Made by a program: the position numbers and the translations under genes. 51,767 bases of DNA from Octopus bimaculoides (Eukaryota), in assembly GCF_001194135.2 (NCBI RefSeq), contig NC_068982.1, forward strand, positions 83,802,855 to 83,854,621, given 5' to 3'. The notes under the pieces were generated by a model. The model was given only the letters and a program-made list of their open reading frames with translations. It searched no databases and had not been told where the DNA came from. Numbering within the stretch: the stretch's first letter is position 1; the number at the start of each line of letters is the position of its first letter. Shown here one piece after another: positions 35,050 to 47,448 of the stretch.

Positions 35050-36850
35050 ATATTCCATGTGAGTTCCACCTGATCATTATCTGCTACTGGAAAAGGTTGG
35101 TGCTTTTACCACTTGTTGAGATATTCTAACCCATACTTCTTGCACAACTTCCAGTGTATTAATGCTGCTATTTTGTCATGGTGTTTTGTGTACTGCTTTG
35201 GGCTAGTTTTGAGCATCCAGTAAGTATATGCCTAGACTCAGATGATTTTCCACATAGTCTACACAAAGGTGATACTGCTGTCTCATCAATGCTACACTTA
35301 ATTGAGTTAGTTTGTAAAGCTTGTTCTTGAGCAGCAAGAATCAGTCCATCCACTTTCTTCTTTAAAAAATCATGTCTTAACCATCTCCAGGATTCTTCAT
35401 CAGCTTCATCCACAGTTTGTTGGAAAAACTCTCCTTGTAGGACTTTCTCTTTCCAGTTGATGATCTCTTTTCTATTAGTCTTCATATTGTACTCCTGGAG
35501 GATCTCACCATAGTCACTGATCACCGATACAGGCTTGCAAGGACTCAATCTCCTTCACAACACTATGTTTTATTCCATCCAGTCCTCTTCCATCTTCCTT
35601 CTTAGGTAACCTTGCTACAGTACTTCTTGTATGAAAGCAACCATAAACATCCATTACTTTCCTATAGTTTTCCTACTCACATTGACAAGTTCATCCTTTA
35701 TCCATTCCACAACTCCTGTGTAGTAATGTACCACACCTACAGCCCAAGTGTTGATGTCTCTGATCAGGTTCCCTCCCTTTAGTTTAGACCTGCATAACTT
35801 TTTAACTCTTCTGGTATATTTTGAAGAAATCATTTCCTTTGTCTTGGTGTTTAGCATCTGGCCTAGTTGTAAAACACCAAGATATTTGTAACCTTCTCTT
35901 GCTCATCATCTAGAAGTTGTACTCCACTGCTGTTTACTTTTCATCCTCTCCTCAGTTCAATAACAGTGCATTTCTCAAACCAAATGTCATCTGGGTATCC
36001 TGAGAGAAAATTGATACATACTGAATAAGGGAATCCAATTGACCACTGCTAGAGTGATTGGTCTCATGTTTTTCTGCAGTTTGTAACCAGTTTCCTTCTT
36101 TCTCAGAACCATGGACAGTGGTAACATACAAACAGTAAACAGTGTGATACTGAATCTCCTTGAAAGATTCCTTTCTTGATGTTGACTCAGCCAATCTCCC
36201 TTCCACTTGCAGTCAAAACTGTCTTCCAGTTTCTCCACTGCCCCAAACCATCTCCAGGCATTTTGGAATCCACAAATGGGGAACCATATCATATATCTTC
36301 TTATAGTTAATCCAAGTCATTGTTAGGCTTGTCAAACTTCTTTGATGATTCCTCAAAATTGCCTTATCAATCAGCAACTGATCCTTTGTTCCTTTGGATC
36401 ACTTCTTTCTGTTCATCTACTAGCAGTTCATCTCTTTCAAGATGGTTTCTTTCCTAGTATTCCAGTTAGAAGCATCCACATCATATGTTAACAAGCAATC
36501 AGATACTAGTTATTACTGGCCATGGCACCCTTGGATGAATCTTTTTGAATTAATGTAGTTCTTTATTTGACCATGCATTCTTATACAATTCCTTGGTGTT
36601 CACAGCCTTACAGTAGTTTAGAATCTAAGTTCACCAACATCTTGAACCAAAAGTCCTGAACTAGGTCAGGGCCATCTGCTTTCCAATTTCTCATTTTACC
36701 AACTCCAGCTTGAATATCTTCCAACATGATGACAATGCCCTCCTGTACCTCCATGTCTTTGAATTCTTCTTCTACTAAAGTCAGCCACAGCAGAGGTAGG
36801 CTAAATATTAGCATGTACCCCACATTCCTGACTGTCTCTATCATTTAGCT
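35050..36850 (-). mobile_element. Old R4-like non-LTR retrotransposon fragment (RT and CCHC)
   Basis: MRNWKADGPDLVQDFWFK, YTRRVKKLCRSKLKGGNLIRDINTWAVGVV, LILAAQEQALQTN...CRLC...HILTGC. Confidence 0.8.
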
Positions 36851-36883
36851 AAGAGATTCTTAAGTAAATGATTCTATCCCATA

Positions 36884-38057
36884 CATCATCATCATCATCA
36901 TCGTTTAACGTCCGCTTTCCATGCTAGCATGGGTTGGACGATTTGACTGAGGACTGGTGAAACCCGATGGCTACACCAGGCTCCAATCTATTTGGCAGAG
37001 TTTCTACAGCTGGATGTGTAGAGAGTGTAGTGGGTGCTTTTACGTGTCACCGGCACGAAGGCCAGTCAGGCGATACTGGCAACGGCCACGCTCAAATTGG
37101 TGTATTTTATGTGCCATCCGCACAAGAGCCAGTCCAGGGGCACTGGCAATGATCTTGCTCGAAAGTCCTTACACATGCTGAAGGCACAAGTGCCAGAAAG
37201 GCGACGCTGGGCACAAGTGCCATCATGATTTCGCTTGCCCAACAGGTCTTCGCAAGCTGAGTTTCGTATCCAATGAAGGAGACAACATTGGCATGGGTGC
37301 CAGTTGTCAAATTTAGTTCAATTTCGATTTCACTTGCCTCAACAGGTCTTCGCAAGCGGAGTTTAGTGTCCAATGAAGGAAAGNNNNNNNNNNNNNNNNN
37401 NNNNNNNNNNNNNNNNNNNNNNNNNNNNNNNNNNNNNNNNNNNNNNNNNNNNNNNNNNNNNNNNNNNNNNNNNNNNNNNNNNNNNNNNNNNNNNNNNNNN
37501 NNNNNNNNNNNNNNNNNNNNNNNNNNNNNNNNNNNNNNNNNNNNNNNNNNNNNNNNNNNNNNNNNNNNNNNNNNNNNNNNNNNNNNNNNNNNNNNNNNNN
37601 NNNNNNNNNNNNNNNNNNNNNNNNNNCCATTCTCGCCACATGGCCATACCAGCGCAATCGTCTCTCTTGCACACCACAACTGATGCTTCTTAGGTTCAAC
37701 TTTTCTCTCAAGATACTTACACTCTGTCTAATATGCACACTGACATTACACCTCCATCGGAGCATACTGGCTTCATTCCTTGCGAGCCTACACATGTCTT
37801 CAGCAGTCACGGCCCATGTTTCACTGCCATGTAGCATGGCTGTTCGTACACATGCATCATACTGTCTGCCTTTTACTCTGAGTGAGAGGCCCTTTGTCAC
37901 CAGCAGAGGTAAGAGCTCTCTGAACTGTGCCCAGGCTATTCTTATCCTAACAGCTACACTTTCAGCGCACCCTCTCCCACTACTAACTTGGTTACCTAGA
38001 TAGTGGAAGCTATCAACCACTTCCAGTTTTTCTCCCTGGAATGTGGCAGAAGTTGTT
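36884..38057 (-). mobile_element. 5'-truncated RTE LINE (RT C-terminus and 3' UTR), same subfamily as 4976-7925
   Basis: VDSFHYLG...YDACVRTAMLHGSETWA...RRLRWYGHVARM; (cat)n tail; N gap at 37384-37626. Confidence 0.9.
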
Positions 38058-38429
38058 TATTAATTTAATTACTCACCTGGAAATCAGTTTCAGATCCAAG
38101 AACTAAAGTTTCTATGAAAGGTGTATGTATGTGGATAAATAGGTTTAATGTGGTTGTGATGGTAGTAGTTGAGACTTAAGTTGCTTACTGATCCCTCAAT
38201 AGGCATGTTCTTTTACAAACCACATTAGGAAATGAAGGACAACACATTGTCGTCATCATCATCACCATCATTATTATTGTCATTTCACTTCTCAGAACTT
38301 TCGATTTCACTTGCTCTGGCTAATTCTGTGAGAGCAGACAATAATCTGTTGTCAAAAGTTTCACAATGTCTTCTTTTACAATACTTAACATCCAAGTACC
38401 AGTCTCAAAATCCTCACAGTCCCCAATAA

Positions 38430-38880
38430 AGCAGTTTTCTGAGCATATTCTACCCTTATATCAATCCCATTTTCTCCACCAAATTTCTCATTTCTGATTG
38501 TTAATGCTCTCAATGCCCTTACAACTACTGGTTTGACAGTTACTTTCTTCATTGCCACATTGTAGTGGCTGGCAATTCTCAGTCTTTACCAATCCTATAT
38601 CATCCACTCACACATCCTCAGATATGGCAATATCTGTAATCTTAGTTTCCTTCATCATTTTATCAACTACAACGATGTCTGGTCTCCAAGCATCAATCAC
38701 AGAATCACACTAGGTTGTAAAATCTCACAAGAACTCACTCATTATTCTTGGTGATACTATCTGGCTTATGCTCAAACCATTTCAATGTCTCTTCAAAACC
38801 GTACTTCTCACAATGTCCAATGAGCATAGTTAGCTATGTTATCATGCCTCCTTTTATATTCCTTTTGAGCCAATTTGCTA
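38430..38880 (-). mobile_element. R4-like endonuclease fragment, possibly the continuation of 35050-36850
   Basis: Minus strand reads KEYKRRHDNIA..HW and RPDIVVVDK..KETKITDIAI. Confidence 0.65.
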
Positions 38881-39352
38881 TGCTCACACACAATATGTGA
38901 GACTATTGTTTTTTATGCCACTCATCCTACTTTTATCTATTTGGAACTTGGTGTTATTATTATTATTATTAGGATAGTAGGTATAAAAATTATACAGTGC
39001 TGGAGTAAATCATTTTTTGTATTCAGTTGTGTTTTATTTTTTTACATTCGGAGTTCAGCTTGTTGTAACTGACTTCATTCTTTTACTCCTCTGGAATAAT
39101 CATTTCAAAGTATGACACTCTACTCCAAGTTTCTAGTTTTGTGCCATTTAAGTAATCCTTTGGCTTTTTAGCTAAGATCAAATATTATTACTAGAGCACT
39201 GGAGTGCCGAACTAAACAACTTATATGCTTATGAAATAAATCATTATTACGGTGCATTAAATCAATTACACTCCTCTAAAAATGTAACCATATGCCAATG
39301 CTAGAAATCATAAGTGATATTACTATATGATATATATACATTTTATTTTCAG

Positions 39353-39461
39353 GGTTCATCGAGCTGGTGATGAGTCATCTAATTGGACATTTGTTATTAA
39401 TCATTCTGACAGTACCTGTAAGAAAATAAAATTTTCAGCATCATCTCAATATGAAATGGTG
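39353..39461 (+). CDS. SH3BP2-like: Next coding exon of the same PH-domain gene (beta5-beta7 to start of helix)
   Basis: Acceptor ttttattttcAG at 39351-39352 and donor GTaagt at 39462. 109 nt = 1+36 codons, reading VHRAGDESSNWTFVINHSDSTCKKIKFSASSQYEMV. Phase-compatible with the previous exon (tc|g = Ser), giving GYNSVHRAGDE...FSASS versus 3BP2 GYNRVMRAAEE...FSASS. Confidence 0.85.
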
Positions 39462-40443
39462 GTAAGTTCTATTTTCATTACATAATAGAAAAGCAGAATG
39501 TATTTGTAAGTTATTTTATTTTATTGTAAGTGTTGTATTGTGTTCTTGCATATAAGGATATAACCATGTTTATTTACGGATTTTATTGTCTATTTCATGA
39601 ATTTTTATCTTTTGCGTAAAATGCAACATTTTGAGGAAAATTTTTAGTTAATTTAGTTAAATGTAGTAATAAACTAATAAACTGACTATTTTATCAGCTC
39701 TGGAGGAATGATACTCAACCTCAGCAGAGTTTGGAGCCTGAATCTATAAAACTGTAAATGAATATCACAAAGCATTTACTTTGGAACAAGACAAAGACAT
39801 CCCACTCCTTAGGAGTATTTCTGCTTCAACATGTGATAAACTCACAGTGACTAGTTAAGCAGGAATCGATGAGGATCATTATCAACTACAGGTATCGCTA
39901 ATGGTAAAAATTAGACAGCTTCCATTAGCTTTACCAAAGGAATAGCAATAGACAACAGTAGCATAGAAGAAGAACTAGTTAGTTGCATAGAAGTAGTATC
40001 ACAAATGATCTGCTAGCAGCAGGAATGGCTTATGATCTTTCTTTTGATGCAAAATATGAAGGATGTGTTCTTTGACATGCTAGCAAGAAAGCTGTCCATT
40101 GGGCTTGAGTGCTAGAAGCATCGTATTGTAACTAAGTTATATTTCAGTCTTTGATGCAGGCATATACTATCCAGCTCTAAGTAGGCACATAAAGTTTTCC
40201 ATCAGCAATTTACCAGCTTGTTCATTAGAAACAACCGACTGGATACCATGAACTTCATACCCTACCTTAATATCATACTGTGACTGTTCACTAGGGAGGC
40301 AAAGTGCTACAAAAAGCCAATTTCAGCAGATAGTGAGCAGGTTCAGGATGTTTTCATCACTACATATCAGAGAAAGTTTGGCTGTGAACACTTCTGTACC
40401 TGTAAAGTTACTAACTACCTCCATGTAGCTATGCAATGCCAAA

Positions 40444-40680
40444 GACTCTTGGAAATTATTCATAATCCATAATAAGACTTTACAAGTTGCCATAATCCTC
40501 AGCATGACTTTAGAAATTGCCCATAATCTTCAATGACTTTGGAAGTTGCCAGTAATCCCTGGTATGATTTTGTAAATTGCTTGTAATCCCTGATATGGCT
40601 TTAGGAGTTGCCCATAATCCAGTGATTTTGAAAGTTACCTTTAATTGCTGATGTGACTTCTGGAAATTGCCCATAATCCC
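40444..40680. repeat. Degenerate minisatellite of about 30 bp (about 8 units)
   Basis: Recurrent gactttggaa(a/g)ttgcccataatcc-like units. Confidence 0.8.
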
Positions 40681-40950
40681 CACAATCCAGAAGAGGCTAC
40701 TCAGACTGCCCTTATCAATGACAAGTCATTCTCAGTCTATTGTTTTTCTCATACCCTCCATTAACCCTATATAGGATGTGTGTATTGCTTCTCCACTGAT
40801 TGAATTGTCCAACAGGTACTCAGCAGCATCCTAGATGTCAACTGTTCAACCTTGATCTGCAGCTTAGTCAAGAAGATGAGTTGCAGAAAGATATGTCACA
40901 TGAAGGGCACCCACACCAGTTTGCTTTCACCTTTGTCATCACCATTGGTA

Positions 40951-41194
40951 CTTATCAAACTAGTTACAGGTTGAAGGTTTGTGTGTTTATATAGCTGTTG
41001 ATAAACAAATAGATGTTCCGTTTTCTCAATCAGCTCTTTTAGATATATTTTCTTTGGGAGGTATGGGGATACTTTTTATTGAGTACAGTAGATGGTAATT
41101 CTCCAAAAAAACTGATTGAGAAATTGGAACATATGTTTGTTTATCAACAGCTATATAAACACACAGACTTTCAACCCATATCTAGTTTGATAAG
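40951..41194. mobile_element. Foldback MITE-like element with inverted arms of about 83 bp
   Basis: cttatcaaactag...tatatagctgttgataaacaaa...ttctcaatcag / ctgattgagaa...tttgtttatcaacagctatata...ctagtttgataag; no clear TSD. Confidence 0.7.
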
Positions 41195-41219
41195 AGCCAC
41201 CCACAAAACTCTCAGATCT

Positions 41220-41637
41220 TGAGTTATAGCAAGACACCTGTTTCTGCCACTCTGCCTCTTTGTCACACCCTAACCTTTCATCCTGTGACACAAGTTCTCC
41301 TTATATGCCCCTGCCCCTCTCATAATTCTTTGTCTTGCGAGTTACTTGATGACTCGCCAGTGCTGGTGCTACATAAAAAGCATCTAGTCCACACAGTAAA
41401 GTGGTTCGCATCCAGCTGTAAAAATCATGCCAAAACTAACCTTGCCTGTGCTAGTGACACATAAAAAGCAAAGTCCAGTTTGCAGAATGGTTGGTGTTAG
41501 AAAGGGCACCCCCTGCAAAAACAGACACAGTAGCATAGGGTAGTATTTCTACCTGGCCAGCTCCTGTGAACCATCCTACCCATGCATGCATGCATGGAAG
41601 ATGGATTTTAAACAGTGATGATGATGATGATGATGAT

Positions 41638-41638
<1 letters not shown>
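41220..41638 (-). mobile_element. RTE 3'-UTR-derived fragment with (ATG)n tail, likely minus-oriented start followed by a plus-oriented tail
   Basis: Shares cataaaaagca, catccagctgtaaaa and ccatcctacccatgc motifs with the RTE 3' ends in this window; orientation is mixed and not fully resolved. Confidence 0.45.
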
Positions 41639-41678
<40 letters not shown>

Positions 41679-41715
41679 NNNNNNNNNNNNNNNNNNNNNN
41701 NNNNNNNNNNNNNNN

Positions 41716-42048
41716 AACGAGGTATAAACAGTAACTGCATGACAACGTGAAGTATATTTGCAACTTAAATGTGGCTAAATCCTAAGGGTGAATGTTACTG
41801 TTGTATATATGTATTTGCATTGGGACACCTTCGCATCGAAGATCGGTGATTGTCGTACGCTGACAAAGGGTAAATACTCAGAAACTCGAGTCCGTGCGTA
41901 TCATGTGATCAAGATGGGAAGGATGACTTCCCTTTGCAAATACCGACAGGGCACAGATGTGTATCAATAGCCAGCTGGAGGAGATGTTCTCCTGGGGCTA
42001 AAAGCAACAGTAACATTCACCCTTAGGGTTTAGCCACATTTAAGTGGC
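41716..42048 (+). mobile_element. pLTR-like element: hammerhead-like core (41854-41898) between 41-bp inverted repeats
   Basis: Inverted repeats 41763-41803 / 42005-42045 match at 40 of 41 positions; core 41859-41985 recurs at 43164-43290. Confidence 0.7.
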
Positions 42049-42049
42049 A

Positions 42050-43130
42050 TATATATATATATATCTGTAAAAATATGTGACACTTATTCAGTAGCCATGA
42101 TAAAACTCCGAGTTTCGGATGCCAGGGTGGGAGCCCACACCAACATCTCTTCACTTATCCGGCCAATTGAAAATTCCTGTGAATAATGACCGTCAAAAAC
42201 AAAGGGAAATTACTGTGTAGTGACAAGGTCAGAACGCGTCTAAAACTGCGTATACTGTTGCATGCACGCATATATCCATATACGCATGCACATATCTCTA
42301 TATACGCACGCATATATCTACATACGCATGCATCCATGTGCACACTCACAAGCGCGCACATATAAAGTTCCTTGTATGTGTCTATAAGCGTACAGGAAAA
42401 AAGTTTGGAGAGATGAAAACAGAAAAATATATGTGGAAAAATACAAAAACATTAACCCTATAATTATGTAAAAAACATAAAAATAAAAAAAAAAATATAA
42501 AAATATAAAAATATAAAATCCAGATAAAAAAGATGAAAAGCTTATACATAGACACAATATAGAAACCTATCAGTACACTCCCATCAGCAGGTCCTATCAG
42601 TACAAATATTAAAAAGTATATATAAAAAATATATAAGAAATGTAAGTAATAATTATAGAGAGACACAAAAATAGAAAGCAAGTCCAATCAGTAAACTCAG
42701 GGGGACCAAAAACGTAGCAAATATTTGTTCACATGTGGACATGATCCGAAAAGTTCAGTCTTTGAATTTAGACATGTGGTAGGGTCTAAGCTGCCTTTCC
42801 AGATGAGCCATCTTTCCATATCACATAGACCGCACCTTCCGCTGCCGCTGGTGTAAGGTTTACACTTGGCTAGGATCTTCCAATGGATGTTGTAACTGAC
42901 ACCTTTATCTTTTAAAGACCATATATGACTGGATAATTTTGTCGTTTTTTCTTTTTTCCCAGTGCCTGAAACTCAAAGTGTGATTGTTGTATCTGGCCTT
43001 GAAATTACCCTCCGTGAGGCCCACGTATTTCTTTGTGGATACAGAATCTACGGTGGCTTCATAAATGATGGTTTCGGACATGCAAGCTCCATTTAGTGGG
43101 CACAAGTTTTTATCTCTGCATGAACAGCTG
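42050..43130 (-). mobile_element. 5'-truncated Penelope-like element (GIY-YIG, 3' UTR, hammerhead-like motif at 42099-42159)
   Basis: CSC...CPLNGACMSETIIYEATV...KYVGLTEGNFKARYNNHTLSF, then the same C-terminus as 8283-9370. Confidence 0.85.
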
Positions 43131-43290
43131 GCTTAAAATTGCGGCTTTTGTGTGTTGTTGTATGCTGACGAAGGGTAAATACCCAGAAACTTGAGTCCGT
43201 GCGTATCACGTGATCAAGATGGGAAGGATGACTTCCCTTTGCAAATACCGACAGGGCACAGATGTGTGTCAATAGCCAGCTGGAGGAGAT
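43130..43290 (+). repeat. pLTR-like segment with hammerhead-like motif (43159-43203), abutting the Penelope 5' truncation in inverted orientation
   Basis: tgtatg CTGACGA a gggt aaat accc a GAAAC ttga GTC cgtgcg. Confidence 0.65.
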
Positions 43291-45114
43291 TATATCAATA
43301 TTTTTATTTTTTGTTGTCCTTCCTGTCAAATATATATGTATGAGTATAGAAGGATAAATTATGCGAGCACATACAGTAATAGCTCTTAGGTGTATTCCAG
43401 GTTTTGGCAAACCACATCAAGTAGTAATGAACATCAATGATTGCTTAGTGTGAGCAATCATGCTGTAATTCTTCTGATGGGTAACTCCAAGTTTGCTTCG
43501 CTGGATTATCAGTACTATCAGAACTGTCAATTTCAAACAATTACAAAGAATATGGAGACTTCAAATTTTTATTTTATTTTAACAGTTAGTCATACAGCAC
43601 AATTATTTGGTTAAAATGACTGACATGTGTTTCTGCTGCACAAAGTATGTGCATTTGCATAATTTTCTGTGCATTTTCATTCAGTGTTTTTCTGTAAGCA
43701 TGGTTTGAAGTGAACAAAGTTAATTTATTTATTCTATCAATATAGTTAAGTTCAATATTAATTCTATTCAATCTTAAGACAAAGCCTATTAGAACACTCA
43801 AATATACTTTGACCTAATTTAATATTTATAAAACTCCCAATTTCATCTGAAATTGGTGTTAACTTCTTGAGGTCAAATATAGCCATATCAGATTTCAACA
43901 TATCCCCCATTACTTCTCTTTGTATTTAAGCAGGGTAGAATAAGGAGACAGGCAGATAGAGAGACCTCCTCTGTTTGGCTGAACTAATCCTCTCTAACTG
44001 CTTCTTGTTCACTGAAGATTTTTACCATCTATCCCACTGCTTTAGCTATCAAACTATCTACCTCTCCTTCCCTCCTCCTCCCTCTCTATCTACCTCCTAT
44101 TTACTCTCATACACTCCTACATACTTCACTACTCTCCTTCCACTGCCAGCCCACCTTCATTATCTGATTTCCCCTTCCAACCTAAATCATCTAGCACTAA
44201 CTACTACTGCCTTGACTGCCAACTTAACCACCACACTCTGTCTACATCCCTCTATCTTCTCTCATACATTTCTATACACCTTAGTAATCCCCCTCTGCCA
44301 CCAAACTTTTTTTGAATTCCCCCTTAACCACACTAGAAGCATCTGTTAATTAGACCCTTTCGCTCTCTCTAATAATTGCTCTCACCTTTCTCACTTTCAA
44401 TTTCTCATGGTTCTGTAGCCATTCCCTACATTTTGACATCTATTCACCAACCAACAACTGACCACCCTTCAATTACCATCCATCTCATCTCCCAACACTC
44501 CACTTCTACTGCTATCTCTCTCAATACCCTGATTCTTAACCCCTCCTCCATCTTCTTGAACTGACTCTCTGATCTCCTTTCACCCTTCCCTTCCTCAACA
44601 CTCTCCACACCCCCACTGAGTCTCCTACTTCCTCCCACCAATACTACTTGCTCTCCACATTTAAACATTCCATTTTTAAACCTCTCTGTATCATGATCTG
44701 AAATGTAAGATTGTTTTCTACACTGATAACAGAGGCTCAATTTATCCAATGTTTATTTGAGCACTACTGTTTCCTATACTGAGAATCTTTGGATCTCATC
44801 TGTTGACTGTATATATATTCATACATACATACATACATACATAAATACATATATACATACATGCATGCATGCACCATACACACATACATACATACATACA
44901 TACACCATGCATGTATGCATGGTGCCCTGTAATGAATTCCTGATTATTTAGATAAGTTTACTTTATTAAATCTAGTTTGTAATTGTACAAAAATAGTTAA
45001 TATTATCAACATTCAGTTGTTCATGTACACTCATGTTTGTCTACATTTGACAAGTAAAGGCAGTGCTCCAGCATGGCCGCAGTCAAATGACTAAAACAAA
45101 TAAAAGAATAAAAT

Positions 45115-46222
45115 GTTTCAATATGGCAGCTAACTAGTGAAGTGAGATTATAGCTCTGAAAAAAGCAGGATAGCGCCAAAGATGTGGCTTCAAGGGTTGG
45201 TGTTCATTCCAAAACTGTCTATATCATGAAACGCTACAGTGAGATAGGTTCAATTGACAGCAAGCCCATTCCTGGTCAAAAACAATCTGTAACGATGAAA
45301 CAATTGGTGGATGTCATCCAAAAGATAGTGTCACAAAATCCATGGTGGAGTATGAGCCAAATGGCTAAAAGTCTCTCAGACAACCATGTCAAGGGTTGTG
45401 CATGAAGACTTAAATTTTGAGTCATTAAAATTGTAACGCTGACACCTAATTTTGATCACTTCCAAAACAAAGTGATTGGACAGGTGCAAGAAAATGGCGG
45501 AGGAGATTTGGAGCACTGGTGACAACGTCTTCATCTGGTTGGATGAAAATTTATTCACCTTGGAGGCTGTAGTGAAATCTAGAATGACAGGATTTTGGCC
45601 ACAAGGTTGGATGCTGGTGCCCATTAGTTGTTTTGCTGAATGAAACCTGCTGGAGTGATGACTTGAGAGGCACTGTCATCCAACGGTGGAAAATCTCCTC
45701 AATGAAGAGGGGACACAAGTCAACTCAGCAATTTACATGAAATGTTAGAGGATAATATTTTGCCAAGGGTCACTGAACCATTTGGAGATAACTACATGTT
45801 CATGCAAGACAGTACTCCTTGTACATCCAATGTGATACAGCAGTGGTGCAGAAGCCATTTCAGCAGGTTCTGAGACAAGAATGTGTGCATCCCTGCCATC
45901 CAGCCCAGATGTCAACTCTATGAACTTTGCTCTTTGGTCCATTCTAGAAAGTGATGTTTAAAGAGTTTTGTACAAAAATATCACCATTCTGAAGAAAGCC
46001 TTAGTCGTGTCATGAGATCATTTAAATGAAGAAGTCATCCAGTATTTGTGTAGCTCTGTTCTCAGCCATCTTCAGGCAATTGTGGAGGCCAAATGTGGAT
46101 ATCTTGAATAAAACATATTTTAATATGTTACATGACCATATTTAATTAAATCCTAAAGAACTCATGTATTTTCAAAAATTATAGCTAAAAATCAATTGGG
46201 AATTCTTACAGTGCATCCTGTA
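45115..46222 (+). mobile_element. Decayed Tc1/mariner-superfamily transposon (maT-like)
   Basis: HTH-like MASRVGVHSKTVY...SMSQMAKSL, WSDEK.F region, FMQDSTP, SPDVNSMNFALWSILES-like; right end ...catcctgta; left TIR not seen. Confidence 0.65.
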
Positions 46223-46284
46223 CATACATACATACATCCTTCCTTCCTTCCTCCCTCCCTCTCTCTGCTCCAGGATATGTGGCC

Positions 46285-47370
46285 TTAACACTTCTGCTGT
46301 GGAAGTTGGGTCTTCTTGAGTACAACAAGGCAACAAATATCTTGGTCTTTTGTCATCTTGTCTGAAAGGGTCAGCATTCTGAGTTCGTCCTTCAGTACTT
46401 CTTCCCATGTCTTTTTGGGTCTCCCTCTTCCATGAGTTCCATCCACTTTGAGTGAATGGCACTCCATCTGCATCACATGATCAAACCAGCATAGTCTTCT
46501 CTCTTACACACTGCATCTAATTCCTCTTATATATAACTTCTCTCTCAATACATTAATACCCTGTTGCACATGTAAACTTACATCAATCAGCCAGCAGAGT
46601 ATACTATCCTCATTCCTCTCTAGCCTTCGCATATCCTCTGCATTCAGTGCCTACATCTCACTGCCGTGTAGAATTGCTGTTCGTATACATACATCATGCA
46701 ATCCTCCTTTCACTTGGAGGAAGAAACCTTTGGTTGTCAACAGAAGTAAAAGCTCTCTGAATTTTCTTCATCCTATTGTTATTCTAGCTATTACACTCTC
46801 TGTACATCCTCCCCCTCCACTAATTTGATCCCCTAGGTAGCAGAGATTATCTACTACCTCTAAAGAGCCTCCAGGGCATATGAGAAAATTTATTTCCCAA
46901 GTATATATTGTTTTTATGGCTCCTGTGCTTCTTCCACATTTGAACACTACTTTTTCTGATAATCTTGCTTATTATTCCACTGCACCTCTTGTATGTCATA
47001 GCTTACACTGGGTACACCATGGAATTCCTGCCTACACCATTCTTACAAATTGAGCAGAGTCACTTGAAGGGATTTGGGTCCTGTCTGTTTTCTAAGACTT
47101 TAGTCTTTGTTTAATTAACCTTGGGGCCCTTTGATTCCAGGTTTTGCTTACACACATAGAATTTCTTTACTAGCTCTCATATAGAATCTACTGTGAGGGC
47201 AAGCTCATCAGCATATAGTAATTCCCAGGGGCTGCCAGTCTTGAATTCCTCTGTGATGTCCTGGAGGACAATGATGAAAAGTAGGGGACTGAGGACTGAG
47301 CCTTGATGAATACATACCTATACTCGAAATTCTTCACTGTACTCATGGTAAACTCTCACCTTACTAAGCA
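46285..47370 (-). mobile_element. Decayed RTE LINE (RT C-terminus)
   Basis: GRGRPKKTWEEVLKDDL-like segment (ORF 46285-46476), Cys/His finger and YADEL region in reverse. Confidence 0.8.
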
Positions 47371-47381
47371 ACTATATATAC

Positions 47382-47448
<67 letters not shown>

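Noticed and set aside
31016-39352. Antisense bias of retroelements in the intron
   Set aside because: Too few insertions to support, and several plus-strand copies exist elsewhere in the window.
31035-40680. CRISPR-like arrays (37-bp and 30-bp repeats)
   Set aside because: The units are directly tandem with no unique spacers, there are no cas genes, and the context is eukaryotic.
43950-44760. C/T-rich block with a purine-rich minus-strand ORF (44444-44749)
   Set aside because: Probably an ancient LINE remnant; no diagnostic motif recognised.
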